A DNA stretch of 64,000 nt from NCBI GenBank assembly GCA_964430105.1, contig CAYSEF010000004.1, positions 6,091 through 70,090 on the forward strand. The letters are read 5' to 3'. The notes below the pieces were generated by a model that was not told the origin of the DNA, did no database searches, and was given only the letters and a program-made list of their open reading frames with translations. Source of the stretch: an uncultured Ruminococcus sp. Its GTDB lineage: Bacteria > Bacillota > Clostridia > Oscillospirales > CAG-272. Both the position numbers and the translations under genes were made by a program. Shown here one piece after another: positions 54,142-64,000 of the stretch; position 1 is the stretch's first letter; the number at the start of each line of letters is the position of its first letter.

Positions 54142-55422
54142 TTGAAGAAATCGAAAATGATACTTCTAATGGCAATGATGCTTATGCTAACGTCATGTGT
54201 AGCACTGCGCGAATCTGCTGATACTTTACAGAATAACACTGCTGACAAAACGGAAACCGATATGCCTCATGGAAATTACGCAAAGGCTTCCGAATTCGAG
54301 AGAAAAACATCCGATAAGGCTGTGGTTGACGAAACAATGTCGCCCATCGAGTCGGTAGAGCTGAGCGATCCGTATGCAGGAGTGGAAATATCGTTTCTTG
54401 CAACAGGAGATAACCTTATTCATCCGAATATTTACACCGATGCCTATTACAGAAGAACGGATGAAAAAGAGTACGATTTTCTTCCGATGTACGAAAATGT
54501 CGCAGATGCTGTCAGAGAAGCCGATATAGCTTTTATCAATCAAGAAACTGTTATGGCGGGTGAGGGCTACTACAATTCCGGCTATCCATGCTTCAACTCA
54601 CCACAACAGCTTGGAGTGGACCTTGTTGAGCTTGGCTTTGATGTCATAGGAATGGCAAATAATCATATGCTCGATATGGGCGTGAAGGGCTTGTCGCAAA
54701 CAATGGATTTTTGGGATCAACAGCCTGTAACTACTATCGGTGCATATCGTGATGAGGAGGATGCCAAAAATATTCGTGTTATCGAAGAAGAAGGCGTGAA
54801 AATAGCGCTTCTGTCATATACCTATGGCACGAATGGTATTGTTAAGCCTGCCTCATCACCTATAGTTATTCCGTATATTGATGATTCGCTGATAGTTTCC
54901 GACCTTGCTGTGGCAGAGGAAATTGCGGATTTTACTATAGTTTCGATTCACTGGGGTATAGAGAATACACAAACTCCCAGTGATGAACAGTATCGCCTTG
55001 CAAAGCTTATAGCTGATAATGGCGCTGATATTATCCTTGGACATCACTCACACACCATACAGCCGATAGAATGGGTAACTGCTGAGGATGGACGTGAGGT
55101 TCTTTGCATATACTCTCTCGGAAACCTTGTGTCTGGAATGGCGGCTCCTGTCAATCAGGTGGGTGGATTTTTGACCTTCGATATTGAGAGTGATGGCGAG
55201 GGTGGATTGAAAGTGGAGGATGTGCTGTTTACACCTACTGTATTTTATTATGGTATGGATTGGTATTCTACAAAGCTCTACTATCTCAAGGACTATACGT
55301 CAGATATAGCTTCTACACATGGCGTTCAGATATCCGGTTATACTCTGACTCCCGAAAAAGCAAAGGAATTTGTGACGGGCACGATTTCAGCGGAATTTCT
55401 TCCGGAATATTTGAAACCTTAA
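54142..55422 (+). CDS. CapA family (PGA_cap metallophosphatase-like) lipoprotein
   Basis: 426 aa with a TTG start after GGTGGTG and the lipobox MLTSC. Motifs ATGDNLIH, NNHMLD and GHHSH are present. Confidence 0.75.
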   Translation: MKKSKMILLMAMMLMLTSCVALRESADTLQNNTADKTETDMPHGNYAKASEFERKTSDKAVVDETMSPIESVELSDPYAGVEISFLATGDNLIHPNIYTDAYYRRTDEKEYDFLPMYENVADAVREADIAFINQETVMAGEGYYNSGYPCFNSPQQLGVDLVELGFDVIGMANNHMLDMGVKGLSQTMDFWDQQPVTTIGAYRDEEDAKNIRVIEEEGVKIALLSYTYGTNGIVKPASSPIVIPYIDDSLIVSDLAVAEEIADFTIVSIHWGIENTQTPSDEQYRLAKLIADNGADIILGHHSHTIQPIEWVTAEDGREVLCIYSLGNLVSGMAAPVNQVGGFLTFDIESDGEGGLKVEDVLFTPTVFYYGMDWYSTKLYYLKDYTSDIASTHGVQISGYTLTPEKAKEFVTGTISAEFLPEYLKP

Positions 55423-55509
55423 ACTTAAAACAGAAAAGTAAAATGGTGATATGGCTAAGCATCACCTATGCAATAAATTAAACAGACGAAATTAACGAAA
55501 GGACCGATC

Positions 55510-55890
55510 ATGGCTAAATATCGTAAAAATAAGATAGATGGTGCATTCGTTGAAGAATGTGCACAGATCATTCGCGAGGTAAAAGACCCTCGTGTTTCAA
55601 GCGTAATGCTTACTGTAATGAACGCTGATGTTTCAGCAGATTTGAAATTTGCAAAAATCTACTATTCCGTTTTCGGAGAATGTGATGAAAAAGAGCTTGC
55701 AAGAGGCTTGAGATCAGCGGCACCGTTTGTACGTTCACAGCTTGCACAAAGACTTAATATGCGCATTACTCCTGAGCTTACATTCATTCGTGATGATGGC
55801 GTTGAACATGGAGCTAAGATATCTGCTATTCTTAAAACAATCGAATCCGATTTGACCGATGAAAGCGACGAGGAGGATGACGATGAATAA
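55510..55890 (+). CDS. rbfA: Ribosome-binding factor A (with an acidic C-terminal tail)
   Basis: 126 aa with motifs IIREVKDPRV, AKIYYSV and RITPELTF. The tail is DESDEEDDDE. Confidence 0.9.
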   Translation: MAKYRKNKIDGAFVEECAQIIREVKDPRVSSVMLTVMNADVSADLKFAKIYYSVFGECDEKELARGLRSAAPFVRSQLAQRLNMRITPELTFIRDDGVEHGAKISAILKTIESDLTDESDEEDDDE

Positions 55891-56992
55891 CGAGCAAAAT
55901 ATCGAAGCCACAGAAGCTGTTGAATGTTCGGAAGTTGAGTGCCGTGCAGTCGAATATTCGACAACTGATATAGCATCTGTCGCAAAACGTATCTGCGAGG
56001 CTGATAACACTCTCATTCTGACTCATGTGAATCCTGACGGCGACTGCATTGGCTCAGCTTTTGCGTTAAGAGAGCTTATAAAAGCTATGGGTAAGTCTGC
56101 GAAGGTAATAAATCCCAGCGTTTTGCCGAAAAGACTTCGTTTCCTTTGCGGAGATCAGCTTTCGGATGACTGCGATACTCTTGCACTTGCCGAAGGTGAG
56201 CTTGATTCGTTTGATCTTATCCTTTCGATTGACGTAGCATCTCCTATGCAGCTTGGTGATAACGAATACCTTATTCCTAAGATAGCCCTCATGATAGACC
56301 ACCACGGAATGGGTGAACCGTTTGCAGAGAATTATATAGATCCTGTGGCTTCTGCTGCAGGAGAAATCGTTTATTCCCTGTATAAAGAGCTGAAAAATAT
56401 GGGAAAGCTCGAGAAGTGTCCTGAAGCTGCCAGAAGAATGTACGCTGCGATAGTTTCAGATACGGGAAGCTTTAAGTTCTCGAATACAACACCGACAACT
56501 CATATTATCGCTTCTGAACTGCTTGATGAGATAAATACGGCTGACGATGGCGGAATGGATACAGCTGACGTTTGCCGTTCACTTTTCGGCCAGCGTACAT
56601 TGAAGGAATTGACTGCACAGATGCTTGCTATACAGAATCTGCGTTTCTATGAAGAAGGCTCACTCGGTGCAGTTATTTTCACTCAACAGATGCTTGCGGA
56701 TGCGGGACTTACTGAGGATGAAATAGGCAATGTTGTAGATACTCCCAGAGGAGTGGAGGGTGTGCTTGTCGGTATATCTTTAAGACAGCTTGCTTCTGAC
56801 CCGACTCAGTATAAAGTATCATCAAGAGCTAACGCTGAAATCGATTGCTCGGCTGTATGTGCGTCTTTCGGTGGTGGTGGACACATTCGTGCTGCCGGAT
56901 GTACAATCACTGCAGAAACTCCTGACGAAGCACTGAATATGATGGCAGAAGCATTCGGTGAAGCAGTAAGACAATATAAACAAAGGGTATAA
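55883..56992 (+). CDS. DHH/DHHA1 family phosphoesterase (NrnA-like oligoribonuclease/pAp phosphatase)
   Basis: Motifs HVNPDGDCIGS, DHH (IDHHG) and GGGH are present. The ATG at 55883 follows GAGGAGGA and overlaps the rbfA stop. Confidence 0.8.
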   Translation: MNNEQNIEATEAVECSEVECRAVEYSTTDIASVAKRICEADNTLILTHVNPDGDCIGSAFALRELIKAMGKSAKVINPSVLPKRLRFLCGDQLSDDCDTLALAEGELDSFDLILSIDVASPMQLGDNEYLIPKIALMIDHHGMGEPFAENYIDPVASAAGEIVYSLYKELKNMGKLEKCPEAARRMYAAIVSDTGSFKFSNTTPTTHIIASELLDEINTADDGGMDTADVCRSLFGQRTLKELTAQMLAIQNLRFYEEGSLGAVIFTQQMLADAGLTEDEIGNVVDTPRGVEGVLVGISLRQLASDPTQYKVSSRANAEIDCSAVCASFGGGGHIRAAGCTITAETPDEALNMMAEAFGEAVRQYKQRV

Positions 56993-56994
56993 TT

Positions 56995-57930
56995 ATGGCA
57001 AAAAATAAACCCGATACAGTTTCGGGCGTTCTTATAATTAACAAACACGCCGGAGTTACATCACATCGTATTATCTCCGCTTGTCGAAAGCTTTACGACA
57101 CAAGTAAGGTTGGTCATACAGGCACTCTCGATCCTATGGCGACGGGAGTTCTGCCTGTGCTGATCGGACGTGCTGCAAAAGCGTCTGATTATCTTATGAT
57201 GCACGATAAGGAATATGTCTGTGAAATGAAGCTCGGGCTTACCACAGATACAGAGGATATAACGGGCGAAGTGCTTACAGAATCAAGCGATATTCCCGAT
57301 GAAGAAACAGTTCTTGCGGCTTGTCGTTCGTTTGTAGGAAAGATTTCACAGATCCCACCTATGTATTCTGCAATTAAGATAGGCGGACGTAAGCTTGTCG
57401 ATATTGCGAGAGAGGGCGGAGAGGTCGAGAGAAAGCCTCGAGAAGTCGAGATATATGAGCTTGAGCCTGAGAAAATATCAGAGGATACTTACAAAATGCG
57501 TGTGGCTTGCTCAAAGGGTACATATATCCGTACACTTTGCTCCGATATTGGTAAAAAACTCGGATGCGGTGCTGTAATGTCATCTCTCGTGCGTACAAAA
57601 ACAGGTCAGTTCACTCTTGATGATTCCGTAACAGTGGAACAGCTTGATAATATGACATTTGAAGAAAGACTAAAGCTTCCAAAGCCGGTTGAATCACTGT
57701 TTGAGGAGCTTCCTTCTGTGATTCTTCCCGATTATTATGCTAAGCTCCTTCGTGGCGGATGCGATCTTTATCAGAAAAAGCTCAAATGCTCCTTTGATGA
57801 CGGAACACTTGTGAAAATATATCATAGAGGTGAGTTTATTGCTCTCGGACGTGCTTATACAGTGAACGATGTTCCGGTGATAAGACAGGAAAAGCTCTTT
57901 GTGATAGAACCACAGAAACAGAGTGAATAA
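56995..57930 (+). CDS. truB: tRNA pseudouridine(55) synthase
   Basis: 311 aa with GHTGTLDPMATGVLPVLIG (catalytic Asp) and a C-terminal PUA-like region. Confidence 0.92.
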   Translation: MAKNKPDTVSGVLIINKHAGVTSHRIISACRKLYDTSKVGHTGTLDPMATGVLPVLIGRAAKASDYLMMHDKEYVCEMKLGLTTDTEDITGEVLTESSDIPDEETVLAACRSFVGKISQIPPMYSAIKIGGRKLVDIAREGGEVERKPREVEIYELEPEKISEDTYKMRVACSKGTYIRTLCSDIGKKLGCGAVMSSLVRTKTGQFTLDDSVTVEQLDNMTFEERLKLPKPVESLFEELPSVILPDYYAKLLRGGCDLYQKKLKCSFDDGTLVKIYHRGEFIALGRAYTVNDVPVIRQEKLFVIEPQKQSE

Positions 57931-58069
57931 AGCTGATTTTATGCCGTTTCACTCAATATCGTGAGTTGCGTTTTGCACGTTAACGAATTGTAAATATTCC
58001 CGCGATTTTCCCAAAAGACTGCGGAATTATGATATAATAATAAAATCACAGAATCAGTGATGGGAAATT

Positions 58070-59371
58070 ATGAAATTATCCGAAACCTTTGATAAACGCT
58101 ATCTTACCAGAGTTGGATTGTATGCTTTGTCGGCACTTCTTGCCCTTGGTTCGATAGTTTATGTTGCGTATCATGTGGTAGATCGTTTTTCGCCCGGTCT
58201 TGAGCTTATCGATGCTATCCCTACTACAGTGACAAAAACTATTACTGCCGATGCGTATATACTGCGCAACGAAGAACCGCTATATACTGTCAATACTTCT
58301 TCCGGAAGCGTTGCTCCTGCTGTGTCTGATGGTGAACGTGTTTCTGCTTATTCAAAAATCGTCGATGTTTATTCAAATGCGTCACCTGACGTGGAAAAGC
58401 GTATGGCGGAAATAGATGAGCAGATCACTCTCCTTGAAAAAAATCGCTCAGATAACCGTTCTGTTCAGTCTACCGCCGGTATTGATGCTGAAATATACGA
58501 TATGGTATTTTCAATACGTTCGCATTGTGCTGCGGGTGATTATGCAGATGCACTTTCACTGCGTACAAGCCTTCTTGTTGATATCAAGAAACGTGCGATA
58601 CTTACAGGCGAAATTACAGACTACAGCGCTCAGATTAATTTACTGCGGAATGAAAAAAATGAACTCCGCTCGACTCTCGGTACAAATCTTGAAACAGTAT
58701 ATTCGCCGTCGTCCGGTTATTATTTTTCGGAATACGACGGATATGGAGAAATTTTTTCCTCAGATAAAATCGATACGATGACGTATGATGATTTTATTTC
58801 TATGACGGGAAGTGAACCTGCATATTCGCGTGGTCTTTCGATAGGTACAATGGTGCACGATTTTAACTGGTATATCGCTTGCCCTATGCCTAAAGCCGAA
58901 GCCGCTTCACTTATCGAGCTTTATAACTGTAATGTTCTGTTTGAATATAGTGGTATCGATCTCGATATGAAGCTTTACAGAGTTATCGCACAGACTCCGG
59001 GAGATAATGCTGTGGTGATATTCAAGTGCGAAAAAATGCCCCAGGGCTTTGACTATACCCGTATGCAACCGGTACAGATTTCTGCTGTCGAATATACAGG
59101 GTATAAGATACCTCTCTCTGCTGTGCGTGTAGTAGGTGGATATGAGGGCGTGTACGTTCTCGATGAAGTTACGCTTGAATTCCGCAGAATAAACATAATC
59201 TACGAAAACAACGGTACTGTTATCTGCACCGGAAAAGATATTTCGACATCTGCCGACAGCGAAGCCATAGATGGAAGTGCTTCTGATGACGAGATTTTTC
59301 CGTGGATAATGCAGAATGATGTTATCGTGGTCAGCGGTACTGAACTTTATAGTGGAAAGGTGATAAGCTGA
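58070..59371 (+). CDS. HlyD-like (membrane-fusion/biotinyl-lipoyl-like) membrane-anchored protein
   Basis: 433 aa with an N-terminal TM segment (VGLYALSALLALGSIVYVAY), a coiled-coil segment, and beta-barrel-like ends. It resembles proteins often annotated as HlyD family next to ylmE in Clostridia. Confidence 0.45.
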   Translation: MKLSETFDKRYLTRVGLYALSALLALGSIVYVAYHVVDRFSPGLELIDAIPTTVTKTITADAYILRNEEPLYTVNTSSGSVAPAVSDGERVSAYSKIVDVYSNASPDVEKRMAEIDEQITLLEKNRSDNRSVQSTAGIDAEIYDMVFSIRSHCAAGDYADALSLRTSLLVDIKKRAILTGEITDYSAQINLLRNEKNELRSTLGTNLETVYSPSSGYYFSEYDGYGEIFSSDKIDTMTYDDFISMTGSEPAYSRGLSIGTMVHDFNWYIACPMPKAEAASLIELYNCNVLFEYSGIDLDMKLYRVIAQTPGDNAVVIFKCEKMPQGFDYTRMQPVQISAVEYTGYKIPLSAVRVVGGYEGVYVLDEVTLEFRRINIIYENNGTVICTGKDISTSADSEAIDGSASDDEIFPWIMQNDVIVVSGTELYSGKVIS

Positions 59372-59372
59372 T

Positions 59373-60086
59373 ATGACTGAAGAAAGAAAAATCGAGCTTA
59401 GAGATAACTATCTGAGGGTTCTCGAAAATGTAGAAGCTGCAAAGGCCAGACGTGGTTTCGGCGGTGAGGTACAGTTGCTTGCGGCGACTAAAACAGTTCC
59501 TGCAGAGGATGTAAGATTCCTTGTCGAAAACTATGGACTTAAGCTTTGCGGTGAAAATCATGCACAGGAATTTGTTGCGAAATTTGATGAGATCACAGAA
59601 GCAGGTGCAAGAATGGATTTCATCGGCCACCTTCAAACAAATAAGGTAAAGTATATCGCAGGTCGAGCAGGACTTATTCATTCACTCGATTCGGTAAGAC
59701 TTGCGGCTGAAATTGATAAACAGTGCGCAAAGCTTGGTAAGAAACAGGATGTTCTTGTCGAGATAAATATCGGCTCCGAGGAGTCAAAAACAGGTGTTGC
59801 ACCTACGGAAGTCGAAGAATTTTTGGAGAAAATTTCCGTATTTGAGCGAATCAATGTGCGTGGAATGATGACTATGGCTCCAAAATGCGAAGAAAATGAC
59901 GAATTTCGCAAATATTTTAAAGAATCTTATAGAATATTCCTTGACTTTTTCGCAAAAAAAACGCATAATATAGGAGAGGCTGTTTTGTCTATGGGTATGA
60001 GCGACAGCTACGAATGCGCTATCGAGGAAGGCTCGAACATCGTGCGCGTCGGAAGTGCAATATTTGGCTCAAGAATCTACAAGTGA
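59373..60086 (+). CDS. YggS/YlmE family pyridoxal-phosphate homeostasis protein
   Basis: 237 aa with LLAATKTV (PLP lysine), HFIGHLQTNK and MGMSDSYE. Confidence 0.9.
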   Translation: MTEERKIELRDNYLRVLENVEAAKARRGFGGEVQLLAATKTVPAEDVRFLVENYGLKLCGENHAQEFVAKFDEITEAGARMDFIGHLQTNKVKYIAGRAGLIHSLDSVRLAAEIDKQCAKLGKKQDVLVEINIGSEESKTGVAPTEVEEFLEKISVFERINVRGMMTMAPKCEENDEFRKYFKESYRIFLDFFAKKTHNIGEAVLSMGMSDSYECAIEEGSNIVRVGSAIFGSRIYK

Positions 60087-60175
60087 CGAGAAAAACAGAC
60101 TCAACTTTAATATATTATATTTTATTCTAAATTAGTAATTATCCTGCCCCCAAAAAGGCAGAATGGAGGATTTAT

Positions 60176-60724
60176 ATGGGACTTATGGATCGAATCAAGA
60201 AAGTAACCGGTACTAACGAAGGCTATGACGAGGCTTACGAAGACGATTACTATGATGGATTTGACAGCTATGACGATGGTGTTGTTGACGAAGGCGATAT
60301 GAACACCTATGGTGCAGCAGCAGGTCAGACACAGAATATGAATACACAGATGGGTGGCATGAATACTGCTCCTATGGGCGGTGGTATCAGCCTTTCCGGT
60401 TCAAATATCAAGATGCAGGTAGTTCGCCCCCGTACATACGATAGCGATACTACTACTCAGATCGCAAATCACCTTCTGAATAAGTGCACTGTTATTCTTA
60501 ACCTTGAGAATACAAACCGCGAAACCTCTCGTCGCCTTATCGACTTCCTTACAGGTGTTGCATACTCTATCGGTGGCAACCTCAAGCAGATCGGCACAAA
60601 CAACTATGTCATCACTCCTTCTAATGTTGACGTTGAAAATGCACAGATCAAGCAGAACCGCCGTCCTGAACCTCAGCCTGAACAGAAGGAATCCACAGCG
60701 GACGATTTCAGCGATTTTAACTGA
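60176..60724 (+). CDS. sepF: Cell division protein SepF
   Basis: 182 aa with a low-complexity N-terminus and a conserved C-terminal domain (VVRPRTYDSDTTTQIANHLLNKCTVILNLE...DFLTGVAYSIGG). Confidence 0.85.
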   Translation: MGLMDRIKKVTGTNEGYDEAYEDDYYDGFDSYDDGVVDEGDMNTYGAAAGQTQNMNTQMGGMNTAPMGGGISLSGSNIKMQVVRPRTYDSDTTTQIANHLLNKCTVILNLENTNRETSRRLIDFLTGVAYSIGGNLKQIGTNNYVITPSNVDVENAQIKQNRRPEPQPEQKESTADDFSDFN

Positions 60725-60928
60725 GATAGACTGATATCTAAGTGAATATAGAAATGATTCTCGAAATCTGTAAAGGCTTCGGGTGTTGTTTCTATACCCA
60801 AAATTAAATTCAGTCGAATATTTTATTAAAATCCGATATATCATTAATTGAGCTATGCCTGGCTGAACAGTACGGTGTAGCTCGGGTTTTTTATAAACCT
60901 AACCACATCCTTATGGAGGATTGTTTCC

Positions 60929-61195
60929 TTGTACCAAATCCTTTATGTTGTCGCTACAACGGTCAGATTCCTGATAGTGGTAATTCAGTTTCTTATGTTG
61001 GCTCGTGCTATTATAAGCTGGTTGCCGGTAGATGAAGATAACCCGATAGTTTCTTTTTTGTACGCTGTGACTGAACCCGTTGTTGCGCCCGTACGCACAT
61101 TGATCGAGAGATTTGGCTGGTTTGAAGGACTTCCGATAGATATGTCGTTTATGATAACCTTCATGCTTCTTTCGATACTCGAAATGTTTTTGTAA
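60929..61195 (+). CDS. YggT family membrane protein
   Basis: 88 aa with a TTG start 8 nt after GGAGGA. The motif ILMLARAIISWLP is present, and the protein has two TM segments. Confidence 0.8.
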   Translation: MYQILYVVATTVRFLIVVIQFLMLARAIISWLPVDEDNPIVSFLYAVTEPVVAPVRTLIERFGWFEGLPIDMSFMITFMLLSILEMFL

Positions 61196-61273
61196 GCTCC
61201 GTATTTTGATATGTGGCTTTGCTTGCTCATGCTTAATTGAGCTTATGCATCGCTGATTTGTTGCAACAGAATT

Positions 61274-62113
61274 ATGAAAAACACTGACAATATGCTGCTC
61301 TCCCGTGCAGTAGAGCTGTTTCATGAGTCGGAATATGCTATTGCTGTTACCGATTTCCTCTCGCCGGGAGAAAAACTAAATGTATATAACGAATTAATCG
61401 CCCGTGTCGGAAGCGGAATTTCCAGATGCTTTTTCTGGGGCGGATGCCGTGGTGCTGAAAGGTGTGCCGCGGTTTTTTTGCCTGAATGGTATCTTCCCGA
61501 AAATGCTCCGCTTCATAAAATGCCGATCGATGAAGATAGAACGACCGCCTTTGCCGAGCATCTTATCGAAACTCCGGATATAGCGGAGGAATTGCAGATA
61601 ACTGCACTGCGCATAAGAGGAAGCGGATTCCGTGAACTTGGTCATAGAGATTTTATGGGTGGCCTTCTTTCTCTTGGAATAGATCGTTCCGTTGTCGGAG
61701 ATATCGCAGTTATTTCCGAATCTGAGGCACTGGTGTTTGTGAAATCGAAAATCGCACCGTTTATTTGTGATGAACTTACTAAAATTGGCAGAGATGGTGT
61801 AAAAACAGAAATAGCGGATATTTCACCCGATTTCATTATTCCCAGACGATATGAGGATATTTCTATAGTTGTGTCATCACCGCGTCTGGACGGAGTAGTC
61901 AAGGCGATAACGGGAAAATCACGAGAAACAGCCGCAGATATGGTTAGAGCAGGGCTTGTTGAGCTTTCCTATAATGCGACTGATAACGTGTCACATTCCG
62001 TGAATGAGGGCGATATACTGTCTATCCGTGGCTTTGGTAAATATGTTGTAGGAAAAACAACAGGACAAACCAAAAGCGGAAGAGTAAGAATCGGACTGAA
62101 AAAATATTTGTAA
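61274..62113 (+). CDS. YlmH-like RNA-binding protein (S4 domain)
   Basis: 279 aa with the C-terminal S4-like segment RLDGVVKAITGKSRETAADMVRAGLVELSYN. Synteny with sepF-yggT-divIVA supports the call. The start codon is uncertain. Confidence 0.75.
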   Translation: MKNTDNMLLSRAVELFHESEYAIAVTDFLSPGEKLNVYNELIARVGSGISRCFFWGGCRGAERCAAVFLPEWYLPENAPLHKMPIDEDRTTAFAEHLIETPDIAEELQITALRIRGSGFRELGHRDFMGGLLSLGIDRSVVGDIAVISESEALVFVKSKIAPFICDELTKIGRDGVKTEIADISPDFIIPRRYEDISIVVSSPRLDGVVKAITGKSRETAADMVRAGLVELSYNATDNVSHSVNEGDILSIRGFGKYVVGKTTGQTKSGRVRIGLKKYL

Positions 62114-62194
62114 ATATCTTAAATAATTGACAATACCGCATGAGTAATTGTAAGGAGCGTTTGTTGGCACTTACATCACACCCGGAGGAAAATC

Positions 62195-63142
62195 ATGACA
62201 AAGGATTTCAGAAAAAAGACGTTCACAAAACTCCTGCGTGGATATTCGCCCGATGAGGTTGACGAGTATCTTGCAAAAATCAATGAGGAATATCGTCTGC
62301 TCGAAAGAAAAAACAGCGATTCCGAACGCAAATTGGCTCTTGCTCTAAAGAAGCTGGACGAAATGAGAATGCTTTCAGCTGAACGTGAATCTGCTGAAAA
62401 CGAAAATAATAACGCCAGAAATACCGCTGAAAGTATCCTTGCAGAAGCTACTTTGCAGGCGGAGGCTATCCTGAGTGCCGCAAAAAATGAAGCTGAAGGC
62501 ATTTACAGAGCTGCTTCCGATATGTATGATGAAGTATCTTCCTTCCGTGATTCTCTCTTTGAGCTTTACAATAATCATATCGTTTCTGTGGAAAGCATAG
62601 CTGAATCTGCAAAGCTTTACATAGATAAAATTGACGGCACATATTCGTCAGCTACAGGTGAAGTCGTAACACATGACGCAGAAGATGCTGATGATATCGA
62701 AGATGATGATATCGAAGAATTTTCCCACGAAGATGATGAGGATGCACTTGTCGATGAAGAACAGCTTCATATTGATTGGAAAAACCGAAGTGTATTGCAA
62801 TCCGACGATTCAAGTCACGAATACGATAATCTGCCTGAAACCCGTGTACTCGATTTGAATTTGCTCATTAACGAGGACGAAGAATACGCTGATGAAGCTG
62901 ATAATGAAAGCTCTCTTTATGATGATTCGGGTGATTTTGAGGAGCAGGATGACGATGTCGAAAATGATTTCAAAGAAATGGATTCATTTTTTAAGCCCGG
63001 CAGAGATTTATCTCTCACAGATGAATTTGACATAGTTTTTGCAGACTCAAACAGCCAAAAGAATATCGACGAAATACGCCGTCAGCCGATTGTAAAGCCC
63101 AATACACCCTCAGAAGACAGAAAAAAACAGAAGAAATTCTAA
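62195..63142 (+). CDS. divIVA: DivIVA domain protein with a long acidic C-terminal extension
   Basis: The N-terminus has FRKKTFTKLLRGYSPDEVDEYL (DivIVA lipid-binding motif) and a coiled coil. A D/E-rich tail of about 150 aa follows. Confidence 0.8.
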   Translation: MTKDFRKKTFTKLLRGYSPDEVDEYLAKINEEYRLLERKNSDSERKLALALKKLDEMRMLSAERESAENENNNARNTAESILAEATLQAEAILSAAKNEAEGIYRAASDMYDEVSSFRDSLFELYNNHIVSVESIAESAKLYIDKIDGTYSSATGEVVTHDAEDADDIEDDDIEEFSHEDDEDALVDEEQLHIDWKNRSVLQSDDSSHEYDNLPETRVLDLNLLINEDEEYADEADNESSLYDDSGDFEEQDDDVENDFKEMDSFFKPGRDLSLTDEFDIVFADSNSQKNIDEIRRQPIVKPNTPSEDRKKQKKF

Positions 63143-63234
63143 ACGATATAATAATACAGAGAATTCCGTGGTGAGTAAAGCTCTTCACGGACATTTCTGT
63201 TGTAAAATTTCTTTTCGTATAAAGGTAACTACCA

Positions 63235-63750
63235 ATGATATTTTGTATAATAATAACCGTTCTTGCCATAGTGATAGATCAGGCTTCAAAGCTCATTGTG
63301 GCAGCAAATCTTCCTCAAATAGGTTCTTTGCCGATAATTGAAAATATATTGCACTTCACCTATGTTGAAAATCGTGGTGCTGCATTTGGTATGCTTGCAG
63401 ATCATAGATGGGTGTTTATGCTTCTTTCTATAGCAGGTATTTTAGCAATGGCTGTATGGCTCGTAGTTCAGAAACCAGAATCACGCATAACTCAGTGTGC
63501 AATATCCCTTATTATCGGTGGGGGAATAGGCAATATGATCGATAGAGTACGTCTGGAGTATGTTATTGATTTTATTGATTGCAGATTTATTGATTTTTAT
63601 GTATTTAATATTGCTGATTCGTGCGTTTGCGTTGGATGTGCGCTGTTTATGCTTGCTGTAATTATGGAAGAAGTTAAGGAAAGCAGAGCAAAAAAACTCG
63701 CTGAAAACACAGCAGAATCGAATAATAACGGAGAAACCGGCAATGAATAA
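63235..63750 (+). CDS. lspA: Lipoprotein signal peptidase (signal peptidase II)
   Basis: 171 aa with motifs YVENRGAAFG, GGGIGNMIDR and FNIADS. Confidence 0.92.
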   Translation: MIFCIIITVLAIVIDQASKLIVAANLPQIGSLPIIENILHFTYVENRGAAFGMLADHRWVFMLLSIAGILAMAVWLVVQKPESRITQCAISLIIGGGIGNMIDRVRLEYVIDFIDCRFIDFYVFNIADSCVCVGCALFMLAVIMEEVKESRAKKLAENTAESNNNGETGNE

Positions 63751-64000
63751 TGATATCATGCGTGAAGTCGAGGATGTTTTGTCATTTAAGGCTGAAGAGG
63801 CCGGTGTACGTCTTGATGCATTTGTTGCACAGTCGGCAGAAATTTCGCGTTCGCAGGCACAACGTCTTATCGAAGCAGGCTCTGTTACGGTTGACGGAAA
63901 AATTGCGGCTAAAAACTGCAAGCTGCGCTGTGGTGACATGGTAGAGATAGTCTTGCCTGAAAACGAAGATTGCGAAGCGTTGCCCGAAAATATTCCGCTT
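63743..64000 (+). CDS. rluD: RluA/RluD family pseudouridine synthase, N-terminal S4 domain only (3' end beyond the window)
   Basis: The frame starting at the ATG at 63743 reads MNNDIMREVEDVLSFKAEEAGVRLDAFVAQSAEISRSQAQRLIEAGSVTVDGK... and is open to the window end. It overlaps the lspA stop by 8 nt. Confidence 0.8.
   Translation, partial: MNNDIMREVEDVLSFKAEEAGVRLDAFVAQSAEISRSQAQRLIEAGSVTVDGKIAAKNCKLRCGDMVEIVLPENEDCEALPENIPL

Noticed and set aside
62176-62502. A 108-aa minus-strand ORF.
   Set aside because: It is antisense to the divIVA coiled-coil region and is a repetitive Ser/Ala/Phe-rich artefact.
63750-63944. A 64-aa plus-strand ORF after lspA.
   Set aside because: It is in the wrong frame. 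The frame starting at 63743 gives a clear RluD-type S4 domain that runs to the window end.
1-64000. A search for CRISPR arrays, rRNA genes, IS elements/transposases, integrases and toxin-antitoxin pairs.
   Set aside because: I found no regularly spaced direct repeats, no rRNA-like sequence, and no transposase, integrase or recognisable TA-like ORFs on either strand.

Overview
This is a chromosomal segment from a low-GC Gram-positive anaerobe. The gene content looks Clostridia-like, possibly Oscillospiraceae/Ruminococcaceae, but that is inference only. Most of the window is housekeeping. It includes ffh-rpsP-KH, trxB-nadE-mtnN, coaD-rsmD-uvrC, ptsH, a T-box-controlled type-2 ileS, and a HAD-PHP-deoC-deoD operon. 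It also includes pcp, a heterodimeric ABC exporter, an M16 peptidase, pyrE, a YhaO/YhaN-like nuclease-ATPase pair, capA, rbfA-nrnA-truB, and the division cluster yggS-sepF-yggT-ylmH-divIVA-lspA-rluD.

RNA elements I can support are tRNA-Pro(CGG), tRNA-Arg(ACG), a single-aptamer glycine riboswitch upstream of an alanine/glycine:cation symporter, and an Ile-specific T-box leader. Many near-consensus sigma-A promoters and intrinsic terminators are visible. I found no rRNA, CRISPR array, cas gene, transposase or intact prophage.

The most interesting observations are:
- An orphan CARF + PD-(D/E)xK protein (Card1/Can2-like, DUF1887-type) is encoded as the last gene of the nucleoside-salvage operon. 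It sits tail-to-tail with a CYTH enzyme and has no CRISPR-Cas context.
- A family of terminator hairpins has conserved loop sequence but unrelated stems.
- An isolated, translationally coupled phage-type lysis cassette (TM protein, M23+SLH peptidase, holin-like protein) lies next to a CAT-family acetyltransferase.
- A Cys/Gly-rich 54-codon tiny-membrane-peptide gene is missing from the ORF track because it is under 60 aa.

All functional calls rest on motif recognition by eye. No database search was run.
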